From contig OZ024744.1 of NCBI GenBank assembly GCA_964016885.1, positions 112,530,001-112,594,000 on the forward strand: a stretch of DNA of 64,000 nucleotides. Direction: 5' to 3'. Shown in pieces: positions 26,996 to 40,501 of the stretch. Position 1 is the stretch's first letter. Every line of letters starts with the position of its first letter. Both the position numbers and the translations under genes were made by a program. The notes below the pieces were generated by a model. The model made no database searches and was not told where the DNA came from. It worked only from the letters and a program-made list of their open reading frames with translations. The DNA is from Eledone cirrhosa (Eukaryota).

Positions 26996-27053
26996 ATATA
27001 TATATATCAAAATGAAAATCCGAAGGCAAGGTAAAATTTCCAATCATTTTAAT

Positions 27054-27125
27054 CACGACACATGTTTCAATGAGAGATAGATCGATCGTGAAGCCATGAT
27101 CAATTATCACTGATCTCATCAGGTG
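27054..27125 (-). ncRNA. Type I hammerhead-like motif, long stem II
   Basis: cac-CTGATGA-[47 nt]-GAAA-catgtg-TC-gtg, then ATTAAA; stem II pairing imperfect. Confidence 0.65.
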
Positions 27126-30100
27126 AAAATGAATTGTCTTCAAATTTTCTTCAAATATGAGGGAGAAAATTAGCAATGTTCACTCACAGAGTTTATTCCC
27201 TCATATGAAGATCCAGCAGTCAAAATACGGCGACTGCTATCAACTTCAGTTAAGGTCATAAAACTATCAAGTTTCTATATCCCAATAGCTGCAAAAGACG
27301 CTGGACATCAATCAAATCTGTAGAAATACAGTCGGTCACAGTTAATGTGAGTGGGTATACACACACTTAACACCCACACACACCGACTCAAAGTCCAAGA
27401 AAAAAAATATATATATATATATACACACATCAACACAGTATCAAATCTGTAGAACTATAGACGGTCACAATTAGTGTGAGTGGGTACACACACACTCTCA
27501 CACACAAACCGAAGCGATGTCAAAGAAAAAACAATAAATATGATAATATACCAACATAGCATTCACCGAAAAGTTAGTTTACAAAACAACAAATGCTGAA
27601 TTGGTTAAATCTCAATTTGACGATGCAAATTGGAAATATTGGGTTAACCACAGCCCAATACACACACACATACACACACAAGCAAGTAAGTTCAGTTCAG
27701 TGGTCTGCTATACGTGTATAGATTGAATTGTAACATCCATATCTTCAAGTGTATGTTATGGTATATACACATCCGTATCGTCCAAAAAAGTGTATGTCTG
27801 GTATAAACACATCCACGTGAAGAGCAAGCAATCAGCTCATATCGAACTCAGTATGTACCGCTGTCCCATTGAGAATCCGAGTCCCCAAATCTATGCGTGC
27901 AAGCAACCGCTATGTAGGCAAGCAAGGGGCTCCGTGTAGGGTTGGGTATTTGGGTTAAGGTGTCAGTAAGTGCGATTTCCCGTCACATGGGCCCTTGGGC
28001 TTTTAAGATAGGTGTTTGAGTGGTGGAGGTGTGTTATCCAACACAAAAAGTAAAGTAAAATAACAAAGGATAGCAAAACCTAGAGGATGTGTGTAGGCCC
28101 ATTACTGGTGTGTAAGTATTATTGTTCAATCTGTAACTGTGAGCACTCCATGGTTAGATGATCAAAACCTAGTGTAGTGTTCAATCGGTAGGATCGTGAC
28201 CAGTCGTAACTGTGGGATCTCAATGTCTAAAGAAAACGGGTACTGTGTGTAGAGTTATGTATAGAGAGCGAAAACGGTCTTAACTGAGTGTGCAATACGT
28301 CTAGCTATATCCCAACTGAGAGAACTCAATGGTTAGAGTATCTTAAAATAAAGGTAAATGCGCGTAAACGGTCTTACCTGAGTGTGCAATCAATTACTAA
28401 CTAGGTATACTGAGTGTGTAATCATTCTAACTATTTACTAACTAGGTATTCTAAAGTGCACTCATCTGTGAGAACTCTGTGGAAACAGGCCGAGTACCGT
28501 TTGTAAGTGCGCAAACGATCTTAGCTGTCTAACTACCTGGGTGTGTGATTGTCTGTTTATTGAGAGAACTCTATGGCTAAAGTAGAGAGGGAGGAGTTAG
28601 TGGTGGGTTACTTTCCAAAAATCCTGCGGAAGGTTTTCAAGGTTCTATGTTGGCAGTTGCTGAAAAAATCCGCTCTCATATTAATTAATAGGGGGCCGCC
28701 TCTAATAATATTAAAGGTTTCAGCTATGCACAAATTACAGACGCCAGTGCTGCCGTTGTAAGGCTGGGCTGAGCACACTATGGACCAGGATAAGGAGTGC
28801 TCTATATTCTGTTGTTTAAGCTTCCAGACTAATTCAGAAAGCGCCGTGCTATTTTGTTTATCTAATCTATTAAAGGTATTGCGGTGATTATACCATCTAT
28901 CCTTAAATTCAGTGGCAGTTGCCCCAACATACCTGAAGGTTCTATAAAGAGTGGAGACCTTACAGTCGTAGACTTTGTTTTTGGTGAGGCATTTCCCAGC
29001 CATGGGGCAAGTGGCGGTGTTCCTGCAATTGCATTTTCTGTTATCGACCTGGGTAGTTCCGGAGGAACCACGGTACCTTTGGGGTCGGATCTCAGTTCCT
29101 GTCTGCTCTATGGGTAAGTTCCCAGGGGTTGGGGTGTCCCGACTCGCTCACGCGTATCAGTCCGTTCATCCATAGAGCTGCCATTAGTTCTGCCATGTCT
29201 AGTCCCCCCTTGGGCTGACCTAAGTCTACTATAATTCATCTTAGCTATATTCTGAGCTATGTTACTGGTTGTGGGGTATTCCTATTGAATATTTTATAGT
29301 ATCTGTGTGATCTAGGGGGGCAATTGTCTAAGGCTCTAAAGAAAAGCTTAGCTATACTAATGGTCAGGCCAGTGGAGTAAGGAGGGTTATTACACAGGAT
29401 TTTTCTGGTCCGATGCCTCTTGCTCTTACTAACTATATTAGAGTTACCTGTTTCCTTAGTAGCTACTGGTCTATTATAACTGAAACCAAAATACCCAACC
29501 CTACACGGAGCCCCTTGCTGGCCTACATAGCGGTTGCTTGCACGCACAGATTTGGGGACTCGGATTCTCAATGGGACAGCGGTACATACTGAGTTCGATA
29601 GGAGCTGATTGCTTGCTCTTCACGTGGATGTGTATGTACCTAGACATACACGTTTTTGGACGATACGGATGTGTATATACCATAACATACACTATTTGGA
29701 GATACGGATAGCAGACCACTGAACTGAACTTACTTGCTTGTGTGTGTATGTGTGTGTGTATTGGGCTGTGGTTAACCCAATATTTCCAATTTGCATCGTC
29801 AAATTGAGATTTAACCAATTCAGCATTTGTTGTTTTGTAAACTAACTTTTCGGTGAATGCTATGTTGGTATATTCTTATATTTATTGTTTTTTCTTTAAC
29901 ATCGCTTCGGTGTATGTGAGAGTGTGTGTGTACCCACTCACACTAATTGTGACCGTCTATAGTTCTACAGATTTGATACTGTGTTGATGTGTGTATATAT
30001 ATATATTTTTTTTTTCTTGGACTTTGAGCCGGTGTGTGTGGGTGTTAAGTGTGTGTATACCCACTCACATTAACTGTGACCGACTGTATTTCTACAGATT

Positions 30101-30290
30101 TGATTGATGTCCAGCGTCTTTTGCAGCTATTGGGATATAGAAATTTTATAGTTTTATGACCTTAACTGAAGATGATAGCAGTCGCCGCATTTCTGACTGC
30201 TTGATCTTCATATGGGGGAATAAACTCTGTGAGTGAACATTGCTAATTTTCTCCCTCATATTTGAAGAAAATTTGAAGACAATTCATTTT

Positions 30291-30362
30291 CACCTGATGA
30301 GATCAGTGATAATTGATCATGGTTTGACGATCGATCTATCTCTTACTGAAACATTTGTCGTG
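30291..30362 (+). ncRNA. Type I hammerhead-like motif, long stem II (mirror copy)
   Basis: cac-CTGATGA-[47 nt]-GAAA-catttg-TC-gtg, then ATTAAA. Confidence 0.65.
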
Positions 30363-30600
30363 ATTAAAATGATTAGAAATTTTACCTTGCCTTCGGATTT
30401 TCATTTTGATACTAATACTCCGTTTTACATCATCTAGCTGTTTCCCTTGAATGGAATTGGAGATATACTAAAGCGTGGAGAACTTAATATTGCTAACAAA
30501 AGTTTATTGGACCGTTTTGCACAACCAATAATAAACCTTACTATATAACAACTATATATATATAATATATATATATATATATAATATATATATATATATA

Positions 30601-30714
<114 letters not shown>

Positions 30715-30989
30715 ATATACATATATACATATATATACATATGTATATATATATACATATGTATACATATGTATATGTAATATATACATATGTATATATA
30801 TACATATGTACATATATACATATGTATATATACATATGATTATATATACATATGTATATATATACATATGTATATATATGTATAGATACGTATATATATA
30901 TATATGTATATATATATACATATGTATATATATATATACATATGTATATAATATATAAGAACAAAAGATGGTTAAAAGAGTTCCATGTA

Positions 30990-31056
30990 TTTTATTATGC
31001 GCATTTCAAAAACAAATATCATCATGCAATAATATTTGTGTTTTCATCAGATAAAA
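30990..31056 (-). ncRNA. Type I hammerhead inside fold-back 30948-31193
   Basis: ttttat-CTGATGA-aaacacaaatatt...gatatttgttttt-GAAA-tgcgca-TA-ataaaa. Confidence 0.85.
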
Positions 31057-31325
31057 CAGGAAGACATGATATGAAGGTCAAAAAACACTTGTGGATAGTG
31101 CAGTTTTAAATCAACATATGATATTTGTTTTTGAAATGCGCATAATAAAATACATGGAAATCTTTTAACCATCTTTTGTTCTTATATATTATATTATATA
31201 TACTCCAGTCCTACAAATTGTAGAGTGCTTCTTATCCGATATCTGCATTGCTTTATTGTACTACAATAAAACTCACCTCCTACATATGTATATATATACA
31301 TATGTATATATATATATACATATGC

Positions 31326-31403
<78 letters not shown>

Positions 31404-31484
31404 GTATATATATATATACATATGTATATATATATATAAATACATATGTATATATATACATATGTATATATATATATATACATA

Positions 31485-31541
<57 letters not shown>

Positions 31542-31596
31542 CGTTTCTGAATTTGTTTAGCAAGATTCTTTATCTGAAATCGTGTGTTGAAACCGA

Positions 31597-34235
31597 TATT
31601 GTTATACTTTGGGAGGGTCATGTTGCCAATAAGAAACACACGCACCAGTTGCTTTCACTTCAATTTATTATATATTTATAAATTTACAAATTTATAAATT
31701 TCTGGTTGGTTGGTTGGTTGGTTCCACAACCAGATAGTTGTTTATATATAGTCATAGTTCTTTCGTCACACACTCTGTGACCTCTTCAGTGACTGGGGAT
31801 TCCTTTCTTTGTTTCTGTGCCTCTCCTTTGTTCTGTCCTACGCCATTTTGTTTCTGTGTGTTGTGTGCTCAGTCTGCGCATGCGCCACATCCGGGTGTCT
31901 GTGTGTGTTTATGTTCATTTGTCTATTTTTTTATTTACATGTTACTGGTTGGTTGTTTGTTCTATGTGTGTGTGTGTTTTCATTTTGTCCTTAATTGTAA
32001 GTTGTGATGTTGCTGTTCCACTCATATTTTCTATTTAATTTTGGTTGTAATTCTTTTATGTTTATTGCCTCTGTAATTTGTCTAAACATTGCGTCTTTTC
32101 TGTGTGTAGATTCTATTTTTATTTCTATGTTCTCTAATTTACCCTTGTGTTCTATCTTAGCATGTTGGTAGAGTACAGATGATTCTTTATTATCTTGAAG
32201 GTCTCACCGGTGTTCATTTATCCGTTGCCCTACACTACGAGCTGTCTCACCTATGTACACTATATTTTTGTCTCTACATTGTCCTTCAGTACATCTTATG
32301 CTAGACACTACATTTCTAGTTTTACAGTTAATATGGGGGCTTATTTTACAGGTTACACATTTCTTATCTATACATGAGGGTCTTTGAAAAGGGTATGTCT
32401 TGCTAATAAGTGTTTTTACGGAGGTACCTGGTCTTTCTACTATCTTAATATTGAGTTTATGTTTATTTAGGGCCCTTCTAAATTTGTAAGCTAGTTCACC
32501 TCTAGGGGTTGTATCGATGAACATTACACTCTGGTATTTATTGCTATCATACCATGCGGGACACATTTCTCATCACCCGTACCAAATCCGCAATCAGTAT
32601 GTTGATTTTGGTATGGTCCGAAATGGCCGAGTTTCGGTGGATCAGATGTTTGGAAGTCATGGGTTTGGCATAATGGGAGTGGAGGATTTGTTTTTTGTTA
32701 TTAATGGTATCTAACCAGAGCTCTGTGTCTAGTACAGGTAATCGATGGTTGGGGTGTTTACTTGGGTAGTCTATAGTAACTCTAATGCTCTGGTGGATGG
32801 AGGTTGCTATTTGCTGGATGCTTTCCATTGTGTTTTTCTCTAGTTCCTGACTGTTCTCTAGTGGGGTGTCTTAACTACGATGTTTATATCATCTACGTAG
32901 CGGGAGTACATTATCAGGGTTAAGGGGTCTTCTAATTGTTCTTTAAGTTTAAGTTTAAGTCTACTGTCCCACCATACCATGAATAAGTTAGCTATGTCGC
33001 CTGCAATGCTAACACCAATGGCTGCTCCTTCCTCTTGGGCATATGTTTTTCCATTAAATTTGAACATATGTTCCTTAAGGGTTAGTTTTATGCTGGCCCC
33101 TACCGCATGTGCAATCATTTTCTTCAGTACATCGTGGTTTTCGGGTGTCCGTATGGCTCTGGTCCACCCGTTCCATCTATCTGTGTGGGTTTTCTTGGCC
33201 ATTGAGGTAATGGTAGGTGGTCTGCCTCTTGCTGGTCTTGTAGGACACAGGTTGCTAAGGTCATAAGTGTCTAGGTAACTATTACTATAGGTAAGCTTAA
33301 GTAGGAGTCCCAGCTCACTGGTATTAATCCCACGGAACTCAACCTTACTCTCACTGATCATTTCTACGCATTTCTCCACAGCAAAATCCACGTCAATAGA
33401 TGGATACAGGGACACAACATCCATACTGCCTATTATGCAGTTTGTTAGGTCCCCAGATCGGTTACTCACGCCGATTCTGCTGAGGAGGTCCTCCGTGCTG
33501 TCACATACATCTGGGGACATTTCAATGATGGGGCGTATGATCAGGGAGAGGAAGTAGGACAGTCTGTAGTTACTAGCAATGTTAGCTCCACAGACTGGCC
33601 GTGTTGGTGGTCCCGCGACAGGGTCACAGCCCGTTTTATGGTCTTTTCGAAGCCCATACAACGCCGGCACGTCATTGTTCCAGGCCTGGAAGTTGTTGGC
33701 AGTCCTTTTGTTGGGCTGCATTATATTCGTCCACATCACCATATGGGCATTGAGGGCTTTTTCTCTATCCTCATGCTCCTGTGGTGTTACCTCTCTTGTG
33801 TTAGTGATGTGGGGTTGCATTGCCTGGATGTAGTTTGGCAGGCTGTCAACCGACATTCTGCCAGACTTGTCTGTTGGAAAGCATGCTATCTCTCCATTAC
33901 GTGAGCGCTGCATGAGCTTACGCAAGCCATTTGCAGATTTTTCTCCCAGTTGCTGGGCCTCCATTCTATTATGCTTCTTGCTATACTGTTCTATAATATT
34001 TCTAAGTTCGGATCTAGCTATACTAAATTGTGCTTCTGTTTGTTCATCGACCTGCGACGGCAATTGCGTGCGTTTGTTAAATGGTAAAGTCGTGGCGTGG
34101 ACTCGTTGTGGAACCAACCAACCAACCAGAAATTTATAAATTTGTAAATTTATAAATATATAATAAATTGAAGCGAAAGCATCTGGTGCGTGTGTTTCTT
34201 ATTGGCAACATGACCCTCCCAAAGTATAACAATAT
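31597..34235 (-). mobile_element. Penelope-like element (RT + Zn-finger + GIY-YIG) with short inverted 5' pseudo-LTR copy
   Basis: ORF 32858-34117 LYGLRKDHK, GSMDVVSLYPSI, GAAIG, YSRYVDD; 32204-32566 CVTC...VYIGETAR; 31597-31730 inverted at 34107-34235. Confidence 0.92.
31750..31794 (-). ncRNA. Minimal type I hammerhead in PLE pseudo-LTR
   Basis: agtca-CTGAAGA-g-gtcac agagtgt gtgac-GAAA-gaac-TA-tgact. Confidence 0.85.
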
Positions 34236-34262
34236 ATATATATATGTATATATATATACATA

Positions 34263-34300
<38 letters not shown>

Positions 34301-34329
34301 TATGTATATATATATATATATACATATAC

Positions 34330-34382
<53 letters not shown>

Positions 34383-34415
34383 TATGCATATGTATATATA
34401 TATATATACATATAC

Positions 34416-34470
<55 letters not shown>

Positions 34471-34520
34471 CATATGTATAAATATTACATATACATATGT
34501 ATAAATATATATACATATAC

Positions 34521-34604
<84 letters not shown>

Positions 34605-34633
34605 GTATAAATATTACATATACATATGTATAA

Positions 34634-34696
<63 letters not shown>

Positions 34697-34800
34697 TGAA
34701 TGTATATATAGTGTATTTTGCAATACACTGTATGCTTAATTAAAAGCATTTCGAAGACCTTATGCTATTGTTTTAGAGTAGTGACAGTCTCACTTACTTC

Positions 34801-34897
34801 AATTTTCAGCAAACAGGGGAGATAAAGCTGACAGAGTTCTGTTTCGCACTTTTTGGTGCTTATCAAAGCTAACTACTTCGCCGGTTTGCTGAAAATT
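34801..34897 (-). ncRNA. Type I hammerhead, TTGATAA (U3/A8) core, extended stem I
   Basis: aattttcagcaaac...agct-TTGATAA-gcac caaaaa gtgc-GAAA-cagaactctg-TC-agct...gtttgctgaaaatt. Confidence 0.88.
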
Positions 34898-35116
34898 ATG
34901 AATGTTTGATTCTTATAGAATTCCAGTAATAATCAGGAATTGATTATACAGAGCGGTTGCAGGTCAAGCATAAATTGAAAATTAGAATTGGTGCTCTGAA
35001 ATAGCGATATATATATGAATGTATAGATAGTGTATTTTGCAATACACTGTATGCTTAATTAAAAGCATTTCGAAGACCTTACGCTATTGTTTTATAGTGA
35101 CAGTCTCACTTACTTC

Positions 35117-35213
35117 AATTTTCAGCAAACAGGGGAGATAAAGCTGACAAAGCTCTGTTTCCCACTTTTTGGTGCTTATCAAAGTTAACTACTCCGCCGG
35201 TTTGCTGAAAATT
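35117..35213 (-). ncRNA. Second family-B hammerhead (stem II closing pair mutated)
   Basis: aact-TTGATAA-gcaccaaaaagtgg-GAAA-cagagctttg-TC-agct. Confidence 0.75.
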
Positions 35214-35281
35214 ATAAATATTTGATTCTTATAGAATTCCAGTAATAATCAGGAACTGATATATGAATATATATATATATA

Positions 35282-36810
35282 CTAGCAGCTGCACCCACTT
35301 TTTATTAAGTTAATAATTTGAAAAATATTATTGAAAGTTTATTATAAAGAAGCAGTTTCAGGAAAAAAAATAGAAATATGCACTTGGGCCTGGACGGCGT
35401 ACAATGAAAAGTGGAGCGACGTGAAAAGCGTTGTTTATTAACAGCGAAATAGCAATTAGAATTAAATTAGAATTAAAATAAAATAAAACATGCGTCCCTC
35501 CTTCGCAATTTAAGGGTTTGGCGATACTTGGTTTTAGTGTCCTAAATTATCATAATCGACATTCAATTATTAGCTCCACCCACTACACGATACGTCACGA
35601 CACGTCATCAGCTGCTGCTTGATTTTTACATATTCATTTTCTTACATGCTTCATTTTTACACGAAAAGACATTGAATTTTTAGAATAAATATTTATTAAA
35701 ATATTAACAGAGAAAATTAGATTTTTTATTTATTTTTTTAACAAAATAAATATTTATTTACAGTTTTTCACAGAAAAACTATGCTACATTTTTACATGAA
35801 TATTTATTTACAGTTTTTAAGTTTTTAACCGAAACGCTATGCTTCATTTTTACATGAATATTTATTTACAGTTTTTAACAGAAAAAAAATTGCTGCGAAA
35901 TACATTTTTTTTTAACACACGATACGTCACGAAGGTAAATGTTTCGAAAACATTTTAAACTGTATATCGCAACAATATATTGTTTAAACAAATTTTTTTT
36001 CTGTTGTTTAAAACTGTAAATTTGTTTTAAAAAAAAATGTATTTAACCGAAACACTATGCTTCATTTTTACATGAATATTTATTTACAGTTTTTAACAGA
36101 AAAAAAATTGCTGCGAAATACATTTTTTTAAAACAGATTTACAGTTTTTAACAACAGAAAAAAAATTTCTTTAAACAATATATTGTTGCGATATACAGTT
36201 TAAATTGTTTTCGAAACATTTACCTTCGTGACGTATAGTGTAGAGGGTGGAGCTAATAATTGAATATCGATGATGATAATTTAGGACACTAAAACCAAGT
36301 ATCGCCAAGGATTTTATTTCTTTTGATGGAAAACAGTGACCGTACTGCAGAATCGATTTCATAAAACGGTACTGTATGATCGTTAAATGTAGAAGGATGA
36401 TAGTTTATTAACAGCGAAATAGCATGTCGATGATATGCAAGTTTAAAAATGCATATTATGAAGGTTTGTATGATAGTTTACACTTTTTTCTGAAAATGGT
36501 TCTTTATAATAAACTTTCAATAATATTCTTCAAATTATTGGTACTGTATGTTAACAGCGAAAGAACGTTGATGAAATTGTAAATAAGAAAAAAGTATTAG
36601 AACAGGGGGAAATAACTCACCGAACGCGATAGTTTTGGGGCCCCAGGGACCACATTTTTCAAGTTAGAAATTTGAAACCTCATCTATTTGCTTCCTTGGC
36701 ACTTTTTACATAGGTGTTTAAATTTTCATGTCCGTCCTACCACGTCTACTACCATTTAACCGTGCACATCTGAATTTCAACCACCGCCCATTTCACAAAT
36801 ATATATTAGA
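35282..36810 (-). mobile_element. Non-autonomous Helitron-like element with nested inverted repeats
   Basis: Minus-strand A|TCTAATATAT start and GCTGCTAG|T end, no TSD. Confidence 0.65.
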
Positions 36811-36827
36811 TATATACATATGTATAT

Positions 36828-36915
<88 letters not shown>

Positions 36916-36920
<5 letters not shown>

Positions 36921-37115
36921 AACCAGTAAGACCCCGACGGCTGAGCTCAAGCCGTTTCGACGGCTAATTCTGGACGAGTCCAGAATTAGCCGTCGAAACG
37001 GCTTGAGCTCAACCGTCGGGGTCTTACTGGTTCCTATTACCCACTCTACTACCCCAAGTATTGAGTACTTTGGTGCGTTATGGTCCATCTGGTTCCTTAC
37101 CACATTTCCTTCGTT
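36916..37115. repeat. Fold-back palindrome of HHR 3' halves plus 3' tail
   Basis: Centre ctggac-ga-gtccag; arms match 53577-53632. Confidence 0.85.
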
Positions 37116-37118
37116 ATA

Positions 37119-37171
<53 letters not shown>

Positions 37172-37196
37172 GTATATATATATATATATACATATG

Positions 37197-37228
<32 letters not shown>

Positions 37229-37330
37229 GATATACATATGTATATATATATATATATATTCATATGTATGTATATATATATATAATATATACATATGTAT
37301 ATATATATACATATGTATATATATATATTC

Positions 37331-37361
<31 letters not shown>

Positions 37362-37530
37362 TATACATATGTATATATATATATTCATATATATATATAT
37401 AATATATACATATGTATATATATATATATACATATGTATATATTATATATATAATATATACATATGTATATATTATATATATATATATATACATATGTAT
37501 ATATATATATATATATAATATATACATATG

Positions 37531-37564
<34 letters not shown>

Positions 37565-37647
37565 CATATGTATATATATATATATACATATGTATATATA
37601 TATATACATATGTATATATATATATACATATGTATATATATATATAT

Positions 37648-37813
37648 AATAGGAGAAAGTATGACTCCGACGGCAGAGCTCCTATATATATATATATATA
37701 GGAGCTGTGCCGTCGGGGTCATACTTTCTCCTATTACCCACTCTACTACCCTAAGTATTGAGTACTCTGGTGCTTTATGGTCCATCTGGTTCCTTACCAG
37801 AACTCCTTCGTTA
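37648..37813. repeat. Related fold-back palindrome centred on (TA)n
   Basis: aggagaaagtatgactccgacggcagagctcc-(TA)n-ggagctgtgccgtcggggtcatactttctcct, then the same family tail. Confidence 0.8.
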
Positions 37814-37868
37814 TATATATACATATGTATATATATATACATATGTATATAAATATATATATATATAC

Positions 37869-38003
<135 letters not shown>

Positions 38004-38282
38004 CATATATATATATAACGAAGGATATATATATACATATGTATATATATATATACATATGTATATATATCTATCTCTCTATATATATATACATATGTAT
38101 ATATATATATATACATGTGTATATATACATATGTATATATATATATATACATGTGTATATATACATATGTATATATATATATATACATGTGTATATATAC
38201 ATATGTATATATATATACATATGTATATATATATGTATATATATATACATATGTATATATATATAACGAAGGAGTTCTGGTA

Positions 38283-38375
<93 letters not shown>

Positions 38376-38723
38376 TATGTATATATATATACATATATAT
38401 ATACTTATGTATATATATATATACATATGTATATATATATATACATATGTATATATATATATATACATACGTATATATATATATATATATACATATGTAT
38501 ATATAAAGGATAACAAAATATCGTTATAGGTAATCCAGTTAGAGGTTGTGAATACTTCTTATTATGGATAGTTTTAGCGTACAGCGTTGTTTGACTCAAC
38601 AACATTTATGTAGATGACGAGTTTATGATTTCACTTGCATCCCTATGTAAGTTTATCTTGGAGTAATACAATTGAAAAAGTGGAGAATAACTTGGTCAAC
38701 ACTACAAAAAAGGGGAATTATTT

Positions 38724-38835
38724 ACAGTCTAACAATAGTTTCACTGATAAAGTTGTCTAAAAATTGCTGAACACTAGAAGCAGTGCCACTCAACTTTAAA
38801 TACGATGTTAGCTCGATCAGATCTTCGGAAACTGT
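38724..38835 (-). ncRNA. Type I hammerhead, CCGAAGA core, 79-nt stem II
   Basis: acagttt-CCGAAGA-tctgat...atcagt-GAAA-ctattg-TT-agactgt, then AATAA. Confidence 0.75.
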
Positions 38836-40501
38836 TATAAAAAATATATATAACCGGCAAATTTACAAATTCAGATTACATCATCAATAATAATATTAAT
38901 AATAAATATATAGAGAGAAAAAAGAAGGAAGAAAGGGAGATAAATACAGTAAATAAAGAAAGGAAAGGAAAAAGAAAAAGAAGAAAGAAAAAGAGAAAAA
39001 AAAGAAAAAGAGAAAGAAGAAGAAAAAGGAGAAATTATTACAGAGAAAAATATAAAGAGAAGAAAATATATAGAAAATGATGGTAGACAGAGGAGAGACA
39101 AGCATAAGTAGAAATAACGTAGGATAGAAAGAAAAATAAAGGGAAAAATAAATGAATAAAAGTTAATACATGAACAATTATTTGTTTTTAGTTAATACAT
39201 AAATAAATGTAAATAAAAATAAAAAATAAATATATAAAAAATAAATATATAAAAAATAAATATATAAAAAATATATAACATTTGATAAATAAATAAATAA
39301 ATAAATAAATAAATTATATCTAATGTGATATAAAATGGTATAAAATGTGAAAAATGAAAAATGAAAATAAATACGTAAAAGAAGTAGAAAAGTGAGAAGA
39401 ATATTTAAACATTAATATTATTGAGAGTGGTTTTTGAGAATTGTTAAAATATATGGAGAGATATGAAGGTAAAAATATGATAATCTTAAATATATTTATG
39501 CGTGTATTGTTTATTTTTTAAATAAATTAATTAGTTTTAAGTTATATTATATGATAAAATAAAATGACAGAGATGAAATAAATTTAGGGAGAGAAATATA
39601 AAGATAGAGAGTGAAAGATAGAGATATATAAAATAAGAATGTAAATATAAGAGGTTTTGATGTTGTTCTTTGATAGATGATGACAATTATAATTATAATA
39701 ATCATAATGATGATGATGCTGATAATGTGATATCATAATAGATCCAAGTGGTACAATCTGGGTTATGGATTAGATAAGATGGGATTAAGCTGGTCTAAAG
39801 TTCTCAAATTCGGTCGCCGATTTATGTCGACAGAAAATAGTTCTTTCAATTTTACTGTTAAGAAGAATTTTGTTGTAATTTAAAATTTGGAAAAGTTCCA
39901 TATTACAGAGACCGCTTTTGATAGCTTCGTGCAGCTGATTTTATATTCGATGTTTGCATCCTTGAGTTGCCAGATTTTATTGGCGAGAGTCGTTGTTTTT
40001 AAGAGTGTCTAAGGACGTATCACATTTTCATAAACTCCCCAGCTGTGGAACCAATGTAATACCATGCTAAGCTACCCGAATTTATAGTACATAGGTATAC
40101 TATATTTGTCTCTAGGCATCTATTTTGTTATATATTTTTTATATATTTTTTTATATATATATTTTTATTTTTATTTACATTTATTAACGTTTATTCATTT
40201 ATTTTTCCCTTTATTTTTGTTTCTATCCTACGTTTTTTCTACTTATGCTTGTCTCTCCTCTGTCTACCATCATTTTCTATATATTTTCTTCTCTTTATAT
40301 TTTTCTCTGTAATAATTTCTCCTTTTTCTTCTTCTTTCTCTTTTTCTTTTTCCTTCTTTTTTCTTTTTCCTTTCTTTTCTTTATTTACTGTATCTATCTC
40401 CCTTTCTTCCTTCATTTTTCTCTCTATATCTTTATTATTAATATTATTATTGATGATATAATGTGAATTTGTAAATTTGCCGGTTATATATATTTTTTGT
40501 A

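Larger units (their letters stand above)
27007..30411 (-). mobile_element. 5'-truncated Penelope-like element with ~0.93-kb inverted pseudo-LTRs
   Basis: GIY-YIG ORF 28608-29003 (KVYDCKV...YVGATATEFKDRWYNH...CNLCIAE); 27007-27955 is the inverse of 29485-30411. Confidence 0.9.
34696..35260 (-). mobile_element. Retrozyme-like non-coding tandem unit, family B (~1.8 copies, ~316-319 nt)
   Basis: Direct repeat starting 34696 and 35015, one HHR per unit, no ORF, flanked by TA/GA microsatellite. Confidence 0.75.

Noticed and set aside
30165-30212. CTGAAGA followed by a hairpin
   Set aside because: No GAAA/stem III/UH after the hairpin; simple stem-loop
27007-30411. DNA transposon with long TIRs
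   Set aside because: Internal ORF is GIY-YIG and the arms carry HHRs; fits PLE inverted pseudo-LTRs
30438-30548. Possible small host exon
   Set aside because: Short open frame with no recognisable homology and weak splice context
38605-38665. Possible hammerhead (minus-strand hairpin acttacat/atgcaagt followed by GAAA)
   Set aside because: No acceptable core, stem III or stem I pairing
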